Shown here: one piece after another, positions 14,183 to 28,255 of the stretch | Layout of the letters: every line of letters starts with the position of its first letter | Position numbering within the stretch: position 1 is the first letter of the stretch | Origin: Kudoa neothunni | Taxonomy: Eukaryota > Animalia > Cnidaria | Assembly: GCA_964304625.1 (NCBI GenBank) | Contig: OZ199839.1 | Span: 697,616 to 761,615, forward strand | Direction of reading: 5' to 3' | Length of the DNA stretch: 64,000 nucleotides | Position numbers and translations under genes: made by a program | The notes under the pieces: model-generated | The model's database searches: none | What the model was told of the DNA's origin: nothing | What the model saw: only the letters and a program-made list of their open reading frames with translations

Positions 14183-16172
14183 TTAATCAGAGTAAATTGT
14201 TTTGGTCACACACATACGATCTAAGATAAAAAGTTGTGTGTATGGATACATTTATAATACGTTGATGAGATAGTTGCGTGATCTTATGTAGCGAACAAGA
14301 AAAACCGATATCGCTATAATGATGGCCGCAATGATGCCTAATGGGATCAGCATACAAAGACAGATTTTGAGATTAAGCTCTAATTTGTTTTTCTTCGGAA
14401 AATTTATGGTAATAACACTATATTAAACCATATATATTATTAATAAATACATAGGATAAAATTTTAACTTTGAGAGTGGTTTTTCCTCATGTTTGAGTTT
14501 GATTCTCTTGTCTGTGTAAATAAATGATAGATTCTCGTACATTTTATTTATGTTGCCGGTTCTACAATGAATAAAAAATTTGATGTATCAATTAATTATT
14601 ACGAATCTCGTGTAGAAATCAGCATCGGGTTGTCCCTGTTGATATAATATCTTAAAATCGCGTATGTGAAAACAGAAAGGAAACAATTCCTGTTATTTGG
14701 ATCCTACACAATCAAATCATTACGCCAAGAAGTGCACTATAAATCAAGTTACAAGCTTATCTAACGCTTTAGGATTTATGCACTCATAATACAGCTTTTT
14801 CACAATTTTTTTGTTGAACTGTTGGAATTCCAAGTTTTGAGAGTTTAATACATTAGAAAACAGCTAGATTAAGTGTGAAATGCGATAGTTATGAGAAAAA
14901 TCATTTAAATGGTAATTTAATATTCTTATTTTTAATATAAATCATACAATGACGTGACTTTTTGATCCCAACGCCTCAAAAACAGTATCTAATCCACTCA
15001 AATTACAGCCCATGTACCCCTTACAAAGATTTCGCGAGTACAGGGCCAGTTGAATCTCACCTACACATTTTACCAAATCAAACTCACCAAAAATTGTGAT
15101 ATCTATCTCTCTAAAATCTGCTGGTCTACAAATACAAATTTTATTCGTCAAAAAAAAGGAGGCTGGAAATCAATCCATTTTGAATACACGGGTGGTAAAT
15201 AATTTTGACGGGCGTTTTCGTCGAAAGAGTAAGCCTCTAGATTAATTAACCAGCTGGTTAATTCATTTTCTATATTTTATTAAAGCTGCAAGTTACGTGA
15301 TAGATATTATAAGTGATTAAGTCTCGAATGATCATTGGGGTTGCACAATAGAACACACTTGCAAAAACCTTATACGTTTGATCGTCAATTGTGTATTCAG
15401 ATAACAAATGCTCGATGTTCTTATCATAAGTTGTTTTCCTCGTCAACTATATGACCTATGCTAAATTCGTTCATGCACAGAATTGATGATAATGGTCTGA
15501 ATAATTTGCTAAATTTGTATTACAAATTAATTTGCTTATCGAATGTATACTTGGACATTTTGATTTTGATTATGAAATAAAAATTGGTAAAAACCAGCAA
15601 GGTGTGGTGTATATAGCTGTACATTGTCATTGTTGTCGAAGGACAAGAATTCGTTTAGTGATGCTTGAAAAATGTTTAATCATACTGTTGAAATCGTCTT
15701 TTGGCTTTCTATTTAAAGGTTCAACAATTTCTAATATTTTGTTGGAAGATGATGATATACAATAGATAGTTCTCAATTTCAATATGAATAACTACAAATA
15801 TTTTTTTTACGTTCAACAACTTCGAAATGACAGTATTTGATAGATTGATCTAGACATTCTTCCATCTCTCCTAAAATAAATATATTTCTCTCGCAAATAT
15901 TCTTTTTCTTGTGTATAGATACTTTCGCATGATGTATGATCAAACTGTGAGGTTTTGATGAATTTTTCATTTACACGAGAAATATATTCTTTATAGCAAA
16001 GAGATATGAAATAATCGCCTTTTTTGATGTATGATAATACCATACTAAACCTTATTATAAACAATATAAATGAATTATTTACTGCAACATCATTATCATC
16101 CTGGTTGTGGGGGATAGCTTTTGAAGCCAGATGCAAAAAAATGAGAAGCGAAACATGTATCGATAACACCAT
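14183..16172 (-). CDS. Orphan type I membrane protein, multi-exon (approximate model)
   Basis: Signal-peptide-like MVLSIHVSLLIFLHLASKA. A chain of GT-AG-bounded open exons follows (EMEECLDQSIKYCHF, LYTPHLAGFYQF, NIEHLLSEYTIDD, ILYQQGQPDADFYTRF), then a C-terminal TM segment ICLCMLIPLGIIAAIIIAISVFLV followed by RYIRSR. Not every junction is resolved. Confidence 0.55.
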
Positions 16173-16753
16173 CAGTCAAATTATGATTATGATATCGATG
16201 GGTGATTGGAATTATGCGAAGAAAGTGTAAATATTTCGATTTATCTTACCATCTCCCAGTAAAACATCAAAAGGGAACAAATTATTTCGAAAACCTCCGA
16301 TTGAATTTAATAAAATTTTTATTTTAATGTAATCTTACAAATGAAGAGATATTGGCCTTGCATAAAGGCTGGATTTTCATTTACACATTCGACCTTCATT
16401 ATATCACTGTAGCGAGATTTTTCGTAGAGTATTTTCCATCCAATAGCCTAGTCACTCTCAACATCAAAATCTGGCGCGTAACTGCGCTAGTTCTTCATTC
16501 TATGACAGAAAATAATATTCAAATGTTTCTGCCACAAAAACATTTCTGAATGTGCTAAAAGAATTTATTTTTTTACGTTAAGATCAAAATATTTTGTCAT
16601 TCTTAGAATTGGCGGAATCATCAATGTCACAATTAATATTATATGGATTATTATGAATAGTCTTAGCCTCTTCCAAATCACTATTATCAAATTTATTCCA
16701 TTCGATTTAATTATTAAAAACACCTAATAATGTCAATGTTAATTGCATGATTA

Positions 16754-17532
16754 TCTACTTCTACTATATATATGAAGTTGAAGTGTCCGTGTGTGTGTGT
16801 GTGTGTCAAAATTTTTTTCCTTATATAGAGTCATTTACGGAATTTTTTAAAACTCGCAATGTTTCGAAAAATCTTTAAATCATTTTCACACCACCAAATA
16901 TTCCCCAAAGTGTATAGAAAATGGTGATTTTGTCGATTCAAAGTTTGTTTATTGGATTACCTGAGTTCAACAATAGGATTAACACCTGCTTATGATCTGC
17001 TGATGATCGGTTGAAGTTAACTTTCCTCCTTATATGCTTTATCAAATTTAAATTCAACGATGCCATCAATCTTTATGTATAAGGTTGGCGTTTCTATTTG
17101 GATGTTTGTGCACATACACTCCTTATTCGTTGAGTTTTAACGTATTTTACTTGATAAACACATTTTGAAGGTTCTATTAATGGGTTTAGATATGAGAAAA
17201 AATTTATATATGTTTCATGAATAATAAATTGATGGTGAACGTTATAATAACATTGATTGAAGAATTATAATGCAAGCGCTGAGTCCGTGGATTTCATTGA
17301 AATCATCCGTTATGCTGAACTTTCAGTGATTAAATTCAATGCGGATGATTGTACTCTTACTTCATCTTATTATTTGAATTATTAATGTTGACTCAATTTG
17401 AAACTTCCTGTGAGAAATAATGCATTAATGTTCATGCCGGGACAAGAGATAATAATTTGAGCATTAAAAATTGATTATCTTAAATTTTCTTCTATTTCTA
17501 TATCTTTTTTTACCTTCCCAGAAAAACATGAC
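16754..17532 (+). mobile_element. Non-autonomous Helitron, 3'-truncated
   Basis: A|TCTACTTCTACTATATAT...GTCCGTGTG 5' end shared with the copies at 19040 and 36195. Interior (about 17085-17210, 17490-17532) resembles 36570-36650 and 37060-37095. Lacks the family 3' hairpin/CTAG. Confidence 0.6.
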
Positions 17533-17778
17533 AAAAACTTTCTGAGCCGGGCCAGAATCGGCTTTGAAAAATCCGCGGGCCAAAAAATAACATTCTAGAC
17601 AACACTTTAAGGTAGTTTAAATGATTCGGAATAAAAAAAATGTGACGCTGACCTTACATTATTTGGCGTTTGTGCCGAACCACGAAATTTTTAACTGAAC
17701 GCTGGGATTGGAACATTCCTTCAAAGAAATGATCACAATTTAAATTTCATCACCTTCCGATTTTTCGCCGGTACCGAA

Positions 17779-19039
17779 ATGTCTGACTTACCTGTGATAT
17801 TATCGAAAAGGAATAAAGAAATGATTATATATAATTATGTTATATATGATTATGATTCAAGAACAAAAAAGGGACTTAGATGGAGATGTCGTAACCGAGG
17901 ATGTTGCGATAGAATCTATACATGTATTGAGAAAAAAAACGTGATTGATCAGATTGGTCACACTCACGAAAATCATAAAAATGAGATTACAAATTTGAAA
18001 ATTCGCGTGAAGATCAGACATAAAGCAATTACCACCATCTGATATCATCATCAAGGCCTTCGAAAATGAAAACCTGGATGGATGGGATTAAAATTATCAA
18101 CAAATACGAAAGTATATCCGATTCTATAACTAAAATTAGGCGGCAAATGGGTATTGAGCCTATCTCTAAATATGACGATATTCCAGAAAATTTAAAGAAA
18201 ACACTCAGTGGTCAGCAGTTTTTGCATTTCGATAGTGGTGTTGGCTCTACTGATAGAATCTTAGTATTTTACCATCCTAAAATAATCGAATTTTTGAATA
18301 AATCTTTGGTATGGTATGGTGATGGTACTTTTTGGATCGCGCTCCGAGACTATTACACACTCAAATAGGAGCACATGTATCACCGATAGTTTTTTGCTTG
18401 ATGCGAAACAAAAAATATGAAACATATTCTACTTTTTTCAAAATAATTTATGATAAAGTTTGTCCCTATGAACCCAAATACTTTTTCTGTGATTTTGAAG
18501 TAGCAATTAGGAAATCGTTTAATGAGGTTTTTAAGAAAACTGAAATTAAGCACTGCCATTTCCATTTCGCCAAAACAATATGGAGAAAAATACAAAATGT
18601 AGACCTGGCAAGTCTTTATAAGCAATCGAAGATCCTTAAATCCTACATACGTAAAATTATATTATTATGTTACGTTCCAGAGTGTGAAATCGTCAGGATC
18701 TACGAACTCTTAAGGGATACATTCAAGAATAAATTATGTGGTATTAAAATTGATGAATTCGAGAAATTTTTAGAAAAGGAGTATATTTACAAAAAATTAA
18801 TACAAGAATTGGATTGGTATCGTACGCGAAATTTTGGTCTGTATGTGACCCTGTTCTTGGGGGCGGGGTATGGTTCCACAAATAATGCACTAGAAGCTTG
18901 GCATGGTTCTCTGAAAAGAAAGACTCACTCGGCGCATCCTAATCCAGGAAAATTCATAACGCTATTACAAAAAGAAGTGAGAAAAACGCAAATAAAAACA
19001 AGTAATCCAAGAAGTATCACAAATGTATCCACTAGAAAA
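17779..19039 (+). pseudogene. MULE (Mutator-like) transposase with FLYWCH domain, frameshifted
   Basis: SKRNKEMIIY..Y..WRCRNRGC..HTH (FLYWCH), FLHFDSG..RILVF..WYGDGTF, PIVFCLM..K.YETY, CDFE.A, CHFHF..IWRKIQ, TNNALEAWH and HPN..FI..LQ, spread over three frames. Confidence 0.9.
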
Positions 19040-19709
19040 TCTACTATATAAAGAAAACCGATAATCCGTGTGTGTGTCAGTGTGTACACATTTTTCATTC
19101 TTTATAGAGAGACATATCGCTCCATTTGAGCACACATATGGAAAGATAAAATTTTATTTTAACACAGAAAAATACGTAAACAATTATAAAAGATTTTCAT
19201 CCTACAAAATGACTAAAAACATGTTCACGTGGTATGATTGGTAAGATTTGAGAATCCATGCAAACATATGGATCATTTCGCTAAAGTTTTAAAAGTTAAT
19301 TTTAAACGTACCATATTGTTTATTCCACTTTATAATTACTGAAAAGTAATTTAATAATTGAATTAGTTCAAATAAGGAAGGTAATATTAGGTTATGTAGC
19401 CAAGCATTAATATGAAATTCACGTGGTATGATTTAGAGTTTGCTGTGAACAATGAGGAGAAAGTTGATATGTTAGGAGCTTTAAATAGGAAATTCAACCA
19501 CTCAATAGCGTTTATTGGTGTTTAAAGATATTAAATAAGGTTCATGCGCCCAATAAGTTAAATAAATCATCAGTTAATTGAGTAATCGTTGTACTATTTA
19601 TCTAAATACTCTGAATTTACTTTGAACTTCAAATGATCTTGGCCTACTCAAGGCTTTTTTCTTCGTGGTCGGGCAAGGAAGCCCATGCGAAACGGGGCTT
19701 TTGCGTTAG
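19040..19709 (+). mobile_element. Non-autonomous Helitron inserted in the MULE 3' end
   Basis: A|TCTACTATAT...CCGTGTGTG 5' end. 3' hairpin AAGCCCATGCGAAACGGGGCTT followed by TTAG|T (CTAG variant). Inserted between A and T with no TSD. Confidence 0.75.
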
Positions 19710-19789
19710 TTTGAAATAAAGCATTGTTCCAAGTATAAAACTATCTACTTGAAGATTTCTCATAATAAAATCAGCAACGATTAAATTCC

Positions 19790-20456
19790 ATTTTTTGTGA
19801 ATTTGCGATAACTCCTTATCTTTGAAACATTGTTTTGCGATTGTTCAGTCTTAAGAAGAAAAAGAGTAAAAATCGGACAAAAAAGGGCACTGTTGGCAAC
19901 GCTGTACTTAACCTGCACTAAAGGATTAAATGTATTTAGAACAACACCAGCCACAATCAATTTTAAATTGGTACTGGCTATTTCACAAGCAATTAACATC
20001 TCTAAAGCTAATCGATAGAATTTGTTGTAATTTTGTATATCGAAATGACTTCAGTTAAATATAAATGTTTATAAATTCGTCGATAAATGTATAAATTATA
20101 TATCTATGGTTATATGAAGGTAGTTAAGCCATAGATATTAGAACACAAGTCAACAGATAATCCGTCCTTGGAAACTCTTAGTGCGAGTTTAATAGAAAAA
20201 TTATTTTTGAATTTTCTTTTATTCCATTTTCCATTCTTTGTGTGCCTAGTAGTACAACCGAACATACATCGATATACAATTTCGTAGTAACGAAAAGTGG
20301 ATTGGTTGCTTTAGTTATTGTGCTTTTAATATTTAGGAGGATTCTTCCTGGTGTTAATACAAGCTAAAGTATGATGTGTTTTCATAAATCTTTAGCACTT
20401 TCTAATTCATCAAAAGAATTAAACTTCATGCCGACGCTAGAGAAATTCTGATTCAT
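19790..20456 (-). pseudogene. Second MULE-family remnant (FAR1/ZSWIM3-like N-terminus)
   Basis: Broken minus-strand frames give VGMKFNSFDELE, YYEIVYRCMFG, LRVSKDG and KTMFQR, in the order expected for ZSWIM3/FAR1-type MULE proteins. Many stops. Confidence 0.5.
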
Positions 20457-21121
20457 CACTCTGGCGCAAAAATTAACGAGTAAGTAACACGTACATAATC
20501 GTGAAAAGTTGTCGTTATAGATTTATAAAACAGTTCAATACATTTGTGAGTGAATACTGTGATTGTTAATCAGTTTCTAAAGTTAAAAAACTTGTTCACA
20601 TTCAGTCACGTGCGTTATTTTAGGGGCATTTGTATATGCTTAAAAATTTATAAATCAATTGTTCTTTATGAGTTATGTTAATATACAACATTTCAACAAA
20701 TCCTATCGGGTTTTTATTGATTTCCTTTGAAATAGCCAGTTCCGTGAGGGGCTTATGGGTTTATCAGGTCAGGTACCTGTGATGTAGGCAATGCCTTTTA
20801 AATTTAAATAGACGGCGCGCATCCGTCTATTTGAACATCTTTTATACTCGTTCTTGCATAATTACAATAACAAAATATTCCATTACTATGAAAATTCAAC
20901 GACATCACAACTAACCCAACTGGAATCGCCAGCATTGCTGTTAATAATCCACATCCTTAAACCGAAGTTTATATCGAAATTTAACGAAAAATGTTATTCA
21001 CAAAAAAACACTTACCAACACAAATTTTATTCAATCAAAAATCACAGTTTTACTACAAAATTAAATGGTTTAGTATTTTCACTCCGAAATTATCACAAAA
21101 ATCTCCATACCACCGAATAGG

Positions 21122-24100
21122 ATGTTGATCCTAAGCGTATGCGATTAAGCCGAAAATGTCGAACGAGATAGTTGTAATTTTACTTATACTAACTCCAGCT
21201 GAGATACTTTATTATCACATCCATTTTTCATCTTTCTTAAACTTATTCACCCATTCTAGTACAATAATATCAAATGTATCAACATTTACGACGAGAATGT
21301 TTGTCCGATGGCAGGAAAATTGATTCTAACAAGTCATGGGTTGTCGTTTTCAACCGATTCTGCATCACCTCAAATTACAGAATATGTAGTCGCTCGGTCT
21401 TTTGCAATTGTCACTTCATGTTAACATTTAGGCAACCTACTCTCTCGTGCAGAATGTGCTTACCTACACTAGAGAGGATGACAACTTTCAAAAGTCTCAA
21501 GATCTTAACTCATCTTCACTAATGAGTTCGTTAAACTCTTTGAGAAGCACTTCAAACACTTATGATAAATCCAAAGAAATGATGATACAATGCAAAAATT
21601 TTCGGACACTTATGCTCTATTGTGAAAGTGCTAGCGTAATGAAAGAAATCGCCAACGAGATACAGAAACGTTCTGTGATAAGTGAGTAGTGAAGTTTTTT
21701 ATTCTTAGTGAGTATTTAAATTTAGCTGATTATTCCATGCTTAAGTGTTTCCAACAAACCAAGCCAAGTAATTTTTACATTTCAGTCCTTTAAAAGCTTA
21801 AATATTAATTTACTTCGACAAAACAAATTTATTCCAAACATTATTTCTTATTGTTGTAAAATTCGTATAAAATTAATAGCTGTAGATGCATTATGCATTA
21901 TAAGAACCAAATTGATTTATCGATTATTTAAATACCAATTGATGTAGCGGATGTTTTTATGTCAAAATATGTCACATTCTTTTTTATATTGGCATTTTTA
22001 AACGTAAGATCTCTAACTTCCTTATCGTTGTGAAGTGTTGAGACTTGTTTATTTTAAATGTTCATGGAATGAGCATTTAAAGAAGTATGAATTTTTTGGG
22101 GAAATCACACTATCACTATTCAATCGAAATTATGAACAGTTAAAATCTTAAGAATTTTATATTAACAACTTCAATCCAAGGGTAGTTCAATTTTAAACGA
22201 GAATATGCAAAGCGCATTTAATAAGGTTCATAAGTATTGCATATTAAGGATTTATCTGGAAATTATAATTTCCCCAATTTAAATTTATCGGTATTAAATG
22301 ATTTAATATTAATAAGTATACGTCAAAGAAAGACGTTTTAATAATCTCAACGTTTTCTGTTTGTAGATGAGTCCGAAAGTTTATTTTGCAATATTCTGCG
22401 ATATCTAATTATTTTTAAACATCCAAGTATATTGATGAAACGGGTACTTTTCCACTCAACAATCCCATCCAATAAAATGATTTTAACAATATTTTATCGG
22501 TAAAATATTCTCTAAACCAACGAATATTATCAATTAAGCCTCAATACATATTTGTTAAACGTTCATTTTTAAAGTGGGTTCAATACGTATAGTGGCTGTT
22601 CCGAAATTTATTATTTTAGATTTATTACTATTTAATTCAAAAAACATCATTAGATGAAATTAAAGTGGACCTCAATGTTTTATTTTATTCTGTAATAGAT
22701 AAATGTTAAACTTTGTGAGCAGTTAACAAATTGTTGATGTCTATAGTCTGCCATGAAATTTTATTTAAAAACTTTAATTTCCTGTTTTTCTATCGCCAAA
22801 TTTTAACAAACTATTGATACAATTAAAAGAATGTTTAACCAGGGCACATGTGAATTGATTTTAAACATAGCAATCAATATGGAAGGAATTAGGCTGAGCA
22901 GAATTAATTGACTTTATTAAGTTGGTTTATTAATGAAATTTTGTAAGGATCAATTATTTTTGTAAGTTTAGGAAGAGGAAGGCTATTTGTTGCGGTATAT
23001 TTTTACCTCTTTTCATAAAAAATAAGACATGGCGTAATTTTTTGCTTTAAACTAAATAAACAAATCCCGCCTACAATTTTTTAACCTAAAATTAATGCTT
23101 GATCATGTCTTATTTTTGAAGGAACATGTCTAATTTTTATCATTGTACTTTGTATTTGATGAATATATTTCTTTTTATAAAGTTATAATAAAATTAGATT
23201 AAATTGAATAGGCCGTTGAAAATTAAATTATTTTAAGAAAAAATAATATTACGGCATATCAAGAATTCGATATAAAAATTGAACCATGTAATTATGACGC
23301 ATAATGTGGGAGTGATAAAAATAAGCGGATTTTTGCCTATCTTACCGCCAAAATGATTCGACAACTATTTTTGTAACTGTTTTAGTTGTTAACTTTTCAT
23401 TCTTGTCGTATTTTGGGGTAATTTTTCAAAAGATTTCTAATGTATATAAAATAAAAATTATCCTACGGTAATCTAATAATGCACTAGAATTTAAAAGATT
23501 TTTTTTAATTACGTATTTCTAAACATGCTTTTACTCAAATGCTAAATTTGTATTGTGCATGCTCATAGGAAAATTCATATAAACTTTTTATGTAAAAATA
23601 TTTGTTATATATTTTTATTTGGGGTGTGTATTTTCAAACACCCACTTAGAAGGCTGAGGCCAATATTTTTAATTAAAATAAAATTAAACACAAGTTAATT
23701 TTGTGGAGAAGGGGTTAGGAAAATAAATATTATTTTTTGGCGCCACACATCAACATTTACAAAATAGATAACTGTGTGTGATATGAGCATTAATTTATTC
23801 AATATCTACTTACAACTTAACTGTATCAATTCCCATTTAGACCCAGAAATTAGTTTTGATTTTGGCTGGACGCTTTTTAACATCGAAAGCGAATATCACC
23901 GCATGTGCATTGAACCAAATCGTTGGATAAAAACCACAATAAATGAAGGTTTTAAAGTTTGTGATTGTGGTTGATTTTGCGTTACCTAAAAATTTAGCTA
24001 TGCTCCTCATATCCAGAAATTTTGTACGTCCCCAATGGTATTACCAACAATATCATTTATGGAAGCTCGAAATTTCGAAGCAAAGAACGATTTCCAGTTC

Positions 24101-27100
24101 TGAGCTATTATTACGAGAGTTCAAAAGTATCACTATCTAATTTAAATTCAATCGGTGGTATTTGTGATTGTGATGTGTTTGGTAGGCAGCCATTTGCCGT
24201 TCTTCTCAACCTTTGGTTGGACTAACCAAAAAATGCAAGGAAGATATTTTACTCCTCCATGCTATCGCGAAATCATCGAATCCCACTAATGAACTTGTTA
24301 TTGTTGATACACGCCCCAAAGTAAATCATGCTTTGTTATAATTCGAGCCGAAAATTACTTCTGTTTATAACGTCATTAAGATTAGGTTGATTAATAAATT
24401 AATGTTTAGATCAATGCATTGGCCAACAAAGCTCAAGGAAAGGGATTCGAAGACTCGAAAAATTATTCTTTTTGTAAATTCTATTTCAGTGGAATAGAAA
24501 ATATTCATGTGATGAGAGAGAGCAGCCAAAAGTTGTTCCAAGGTAGCCTCATATTTACACACATACACTTAATATTTGATATATCCATTTTGCAGCCCTC
24601 TACGCAAACCATGAAAACTATATCAATTATATTAATGCAATCGAAAGCACCGGCTGGATGAAACACATCAAAGCCATCCTTGATTCTTCTATCTTTATAT
24701 GCCAAGTATTTCTAGTTGTATTGATTTTCTGGTTAAACTGACAGTCATATCCACCGTTTATAAACTACTATAGACAATATTGTGTGGAACCAATGTTCTG
24801 GTGCATTGTTCCGATGGGTGGGATCGCACTTCGCAAACCTGTGCTTTAGCTAGCCTCCTCTTAGACCCATTCTATAGGACAATACATGGATTTATTGTAT
24901 GATTGTCGTTATTGACAATCACACTTATTTTTGTTGTTGTTGTTGTTGACATAGATTTTGATCGAGAAAGATTTTCTCTCATTTGGACATCGATTCAGCT
25001 CCAGATGCCAACATTTGGCTGGTGATTCTAAAAATGTGGCTCCAATTTTTCTTCAATTTTTGGATTGTGTTTGGCAAGTGATGAGACAGTTCCCTTCTTC
25101 ATTTCAATTCAATGAGCTATTTCTAATAACTCTTGCTAGACAAGTGTATTCTTGTGAGGTAGTTTGCGGCGGGAATAATCCCAAGTGTGTGATTTTTATT
25201 GATCTCATTAATTATTAGTTTGGGACCTTTTTGTATGATTCATTATCTGAAAGACTAAAAAACAAGTAATACTAACTTTTGACTCATACAATAGTTGAGG
25301 TTTGGATTTATGCGTTATCTTAAATTGTATACATTAAATAATACTATTAATTAACGTGATAATTTTTAAATAATCACAAGAACCAATAGATTTAAATTTA
25401 AGTGCCATAACGTTAGTATTGTAAAATAATATTACCAGACGGTCAAAGTTATTTTCCGTAGGTGAACAACATTGTAATTTTTGTAGCTAAATTTATTTTC
25501 CAAATAGCCACTATAATTGTAATTGCATTGCTAAGTATAATTTTGACTCACATAGTCACTTATGATCATTTTCCATTTAAACCTGGTTGGAAAATTTATT
25601 ATATTCTATCAGTCCAATGAAATTATAAGAATATGTCGCCAGGCTACAATTTTGACAAATTATATATAGCCTATAACAATATCAAACCTATATATCGTCA
25701 ATAGTTACCTTAAAACTTGGATTTGTTATTGTTTAGATGATGTAATTTTGGTTTCGTTCTAAATTGATATTAATTTGTATGAAATTGGCTGTTACAATTA
25801 CAATTTAGGGAATTATTTTTTAAATATATGAGATCGATAAAAAATGAATTAAAAAATTATTGAAAAACATTTAAAGAGCTTGTTTTGTTATCCAATAGCT
25901 CGAATTTGATTAAGTGATATTGGAAAAAATAAATTACAGAGATTCCACTTCAAAAATTCATTTTATTCCCGCGATTAAAAATTTTTGTTTTGACTGGTTT
26001 GAATAACCCCTACCAAATAATTAAGTACCGTTGGCGTGAAATGCAGTTTTTAATTTCGGTTATTCTTATTATAGATTTTAGGTCATAGATTTGGCTTTTT
26101 AAATAGAATCCATTATATTTAGTTATTTGTTAATTATTTAGAACCCCTAAAGCGTAGCGATATAGAAAAATGATTGATTATGGTTAAAATAAAATACACT
26201 ACGACACAGGCTATTCTTAAAATAAAGAGCGTACCCTAGAATGGCTGAGATCTGAGATATTACAAAAATGATTAAAATTTTTGAAGGGTTGATAAACACT
26301 CCTTAAAATTTAATCATAACAATCTCTTTTCCATGACCACATTTATTTTTGTGTTCGATAAATTTTACCATAAGTGGAGAAACACCTTAACTAGGTAGAA
26401 TGTTCGTTATCTTATCATTTCGAATATTTCATCGCGACCGAAAAGGGGACCCTAATTGAAATAGCATAAAGAATAACTATCACATTAAATCTTAGTCGAA
26501 CATTGTCCTCGCCCATTAATATAATTACAGTTAGTCATTTACCATTTCAACCCCTTTTATCAAATCTAACGGGATTGCATAAAACCTATTATCTTTATTT
26601 ATCTAACTCATGGTTAATAATGGTTTCCTAGTTTGAGTGGATGTACCATGTCATTGTGGTCCATTGAAATGGACGTATTTCAAAATTCATTGATTAACTG
26701 GAATAATGGCAGTAGAGTGATTACGCCTCAAACATCAAAGGACTTTCTTAAGTATTATCCTCAATTGAAAAGAATGTCAAGCAAATATAATATTACCCTT
26801 CAGGTTATGGACTAATTGTTATGCAAGTGGTTTAAATTTTCCTAATATTGTTGATTCTCATACGTTGATGCTTGATTCGTTGACTGAATTGAAAACTTTT
26901 CAACGTGTATTGTTCAACTTGCAATGATTTTCATCATTATTAAATTTTATGTAGACTTTCCCTGCAAAAATAAAGGAATCTAATAAGCATTGGCAGCATC
27001 CCACTTCTTCTACGCATCAATGCAATTGTGACGAGATGTTCAGTTATGAAAATCGAAATTTCTTAGTATAAAAATCCTCTACTACTTTTACAGGTTTGAA

Positions 27101-27291
27101 ATAAACCTTATTGAAATTTATAGATCCATTGTTGGTGCTGCTACAAAATCGGTTGCACTAAATGTATTCGAACTGATTCCTCAGCCTCTGTCAAATATAA
27201 ACTTTGCTCTAAATGTGTTGGTGATGCTGAAACGTCGAGTCAATCCAAAGATGGCACCACCAACAACGATTTGTCGGAGACTCCAAATTAA
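21122..27291 (+). CDS. Myotubularin-related phosphoinositide 3-phosphatase, MTMR6/7/8 clade, multi-exon
   Basis: PH-GRAM exons (GKLILT, IQCKNFR), [68 protein letters not shown], catalytic [10 protein letters not shown] (about 24801-24830), [28 protein letters not shown] and a C-terminal Cys-rich FYVE-like tail. Confidence 0.92.
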
Positions 27292-27489
27292 TTTTTAAAC
27301 TATTATCATTTGTATTATTTAAAATTTATAAAATAAAAATTCTTGTTATTTTAATGAGCCTAGCTTATTGCGCCTCCGGTAGAGATTTACCGAAAGTAGG
27401 GGTCCAATCAAATGTCGAATACACCGAGCATAGTGGGTTAATGCATCTCATTGCGTTAAATTTCCATTCACACGAGATCTTTAATGATC

Positions 27490-27521
<32 letters not shown>

Positions 27522-27874
27522 GTTTAATGCTTTTATAAATATTACCTCTTCGAATTAACGTTGGGACAAAAATATATTATTATGATGTTTCTATGTGGTT
27601 TTAGCATAAAAACCAATGAAAAGACTCAATTGTAAATTATTAAGAGTTAGATTGAACATAAATCAAAAGTATTGGTTTATTTATTTAAAACTAATGATTT
27701 TTGATAAAACTATTTATAATATTGTATACGATACAATATCTTTCTAATTAAAGGCATTCGTGATACGTTTTTTCTTTTACGCGGGGTAAAAATGAACAAA
27801 AATCTGAGAGTGATTATTTTTATTGATCTTTCTGATTTATAATGTGGCCACGTATCCTCAAAAATATTTTAGTA

Positions 27875-28255
27875 CCGCGTTTCCCGATTATAAGACAGGC
27901 CATATTTCTTTTGGTTTTATAAGGGGCATTAGGACTTATATTTGCAACAGAAAAAATTCCCTACGCATTATTTAGCTCATATAACAGAATTAAAAAAATA
28001 CTCTTTTAAATAGACAAAATAATATTTTTACTGAAAGAAATATGATATGAAACATAAAATTCGATGGTTATGTTTATCATTTCTTTAAAAATGATGATCA
28101 AATCTCAAAATCTAGATGACAAATGAGTATATTCTTTTAAGATTTTTATTACTATCAACTACCTAATAGGATTACATCGTTAGAGGTATTTTTCTATAAT
28201 TTCGAATGTTCCGATTTTAAGTATTTAATTAGGTCTTATAATCGTGGAAACACGA
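27875..28255. mobile_element. Tc1/mariner-superfamily (pogo-like) MITE
   Basis: TA|CCGCGTTTCCCGATTATAAGAC ... GTCTTATAATCGTGGAAACACGA: TIR of about 22 bp. Confidence 0.7.

Noticed and set aside
23018-23117. 14-bp inverted repeat in a myotubularin intron
   Set aside because: Likely a MITE relic; ends and TSD not definable.
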